Of a stretch of DNA of 31,613 nucleotides, positions 30,518 through 31,613 are shown piece by piece; positions within the stretch are counted from its first letter, which is position 1; the number at the start of each line of letters is the position of its first letter. Position numbers and translations under genes: made by a program. The DNA comes from Azolla caroliniana (taxonomy: Eukaryota; Plantae; Polypodiophyta). Under the pieces are notes generated by a model, which did no database searches, was not told where the DNA came from, and was given only the letters and a program-made list of their open reading frames with translations. The DNA is taken from the NCBI GenBank assembly GCA_043228905.1, contig JBHGNT010000361.1, positions 1 to 31,613 of the forward strand, written 5' to 3'.

Positions 30518-31613
30518 ATTTATTTATTTGTTTTGTACACTACAGAAAAATAAGTTCCAAATGGTACAAATAATACAATAACAAACATTAAACTACAGTA
30601 AAGTAAAAGTACCATTCCTACAATAGAATATAACATTACACAAAAAATGACGAACGTCAAAGTCTACAGGTTAAAAGTCTCTTAAGAGATAACAGATTTA
30701 TGTTAAAGGTGTCACAATCGGTACAAAACCTATTGTAATTGGCAGCCATACGATCCACAAAGGCACCCTGTCCATAGTTGGTCCGATGCACTCGCTCGTG
30801 AAATAAGTGTGTGTGTCTAGTTCGCCTGTTGGGCACTGATATTGAGATTGCACCAAGCAAAATATCACAGTCAGTTAAGCCGTTCATAATTTTATAAAGA
30901 AGGAGTAAGAAGGCTTGTCTGCGTCGATATTCGAGGCTTTTGAAACCGCAAAGTAAAAGCCTTGTTTCGTATGGTAAATCGTTGTATGGAAAATGAAACT
31001 TATATAGAAGATATTTGACAAACTTGTTTTGGACTCTTTCCAGCCGGTTTATGTGGCAAGCGTAACAAGGGGTCCAAATCACAGAACAATACTCAAGAGT
31101 ACTACGGACCAAACAATTATATAAACAGATTAGGGCCTTCGTATCGCTGATGTGTTTTGTGTTTCTCTTTATAAAACCGAGCAGTCTCGAACTTTTGAGC
31201 ACTATGTTGTCAATATGTAAGTTAAAGGAGAGATCCGAGCTAAAAATCACACCCAAATCATTTACAGATTTCACCCTTTCGATATTTATATGATCTATAC
31301 TATACGTTTGCTGGGTTGCACACATTTGTGGAAACTAATAGATTTACACTTGGCGATGTTAGTTTTTAAATTATTTTTGTTGCACCATGTTACGAAGCCA
31401 TTCAGGTCATCCTGCAGGCAATTAGTACCAGGATACACCACACTGTAAAATTTTAAGTCATCAGCGTATAGGAGACAGTGTGATGATTTAAAACAACAAA
31501 ACGACGTCGTTTATAAATAACGAAAACAGCACAGGACCCATGTGAAACCCCTGTGGTACGCCGGACGACACCAGTACTTCGTGGGAAGAGGAACCGCAAA
31601 TGTTAACATGCTG
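30518..31613 (-). mobile_element. CR1/Jockey-group LINE 3' part, running off the window; related to the family at 14258-15437
   Basis: SGVPQGFHMGP, LYADDLK, NDLGV and LERVQNKFVKYLLYKF motifs; stop at 30657; AAATAAATAAA tail. Confidence 0.9.

Noticed and set aside
3638-31325. Cluster of many RT ORFs as a retron/DGR-like or domesticated RT system
   Set aside because: All are truncated, frameshifted non-LTR retrotransposon pieces with LINE tails, several with damaged YADD motifs, and all lie in introns.
494-31613. Antisense orientation bias of intronic LINEs
   Set aside because: Both orientations occur, and the sample is too small to claim a bias.

Overview
AT-rich eukaryotic genomic DNA from an insect, probably a beetle (inferred from protein style and TE repertoire). 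Four spliced host genes can be reconstructed. (1) An SSNA1/NA14 homologue (+, 5'-partial; exons 1-48, 123-322, 1983-2084). (2) A brainiac-type beta-1,3-glycosyltransferase (-; exons 8500-7722 and 3352-3034, 365 aa). (3) Ribosomal protein L13 (+; four exons, 12515-16951) with three single-base homopolymer frameshifts. (4) The last four exons of XPF/ERCC4/mei-9 (-; 30207-17641), whose last intron is GC-AG. About two-thirds of the window is repetitive: many truncated and nested CR1/Jockey-type LINE fragments, a full-length but frameshifted Sola1 transposon (AATT TSD), a Merlin-like TIR element (8-bp TSD), a decayed Harbinger, an unclassified 2-kb TIR element with a 6-bp TSD, and a 10-copy ~181-bp tandem array. 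A SMART/PacBio ultra-low-input amplification adapter sits at 11130-11154, so local contiguity and indel accuracy are suspect. I found no well-supported novel biological system. The best leads are the 6-bp-TSD transposon, the complementary sequences bracketing TE-filled introns (especially the GC-AG XPF intron), and the duplicated brainiac start/promoter.
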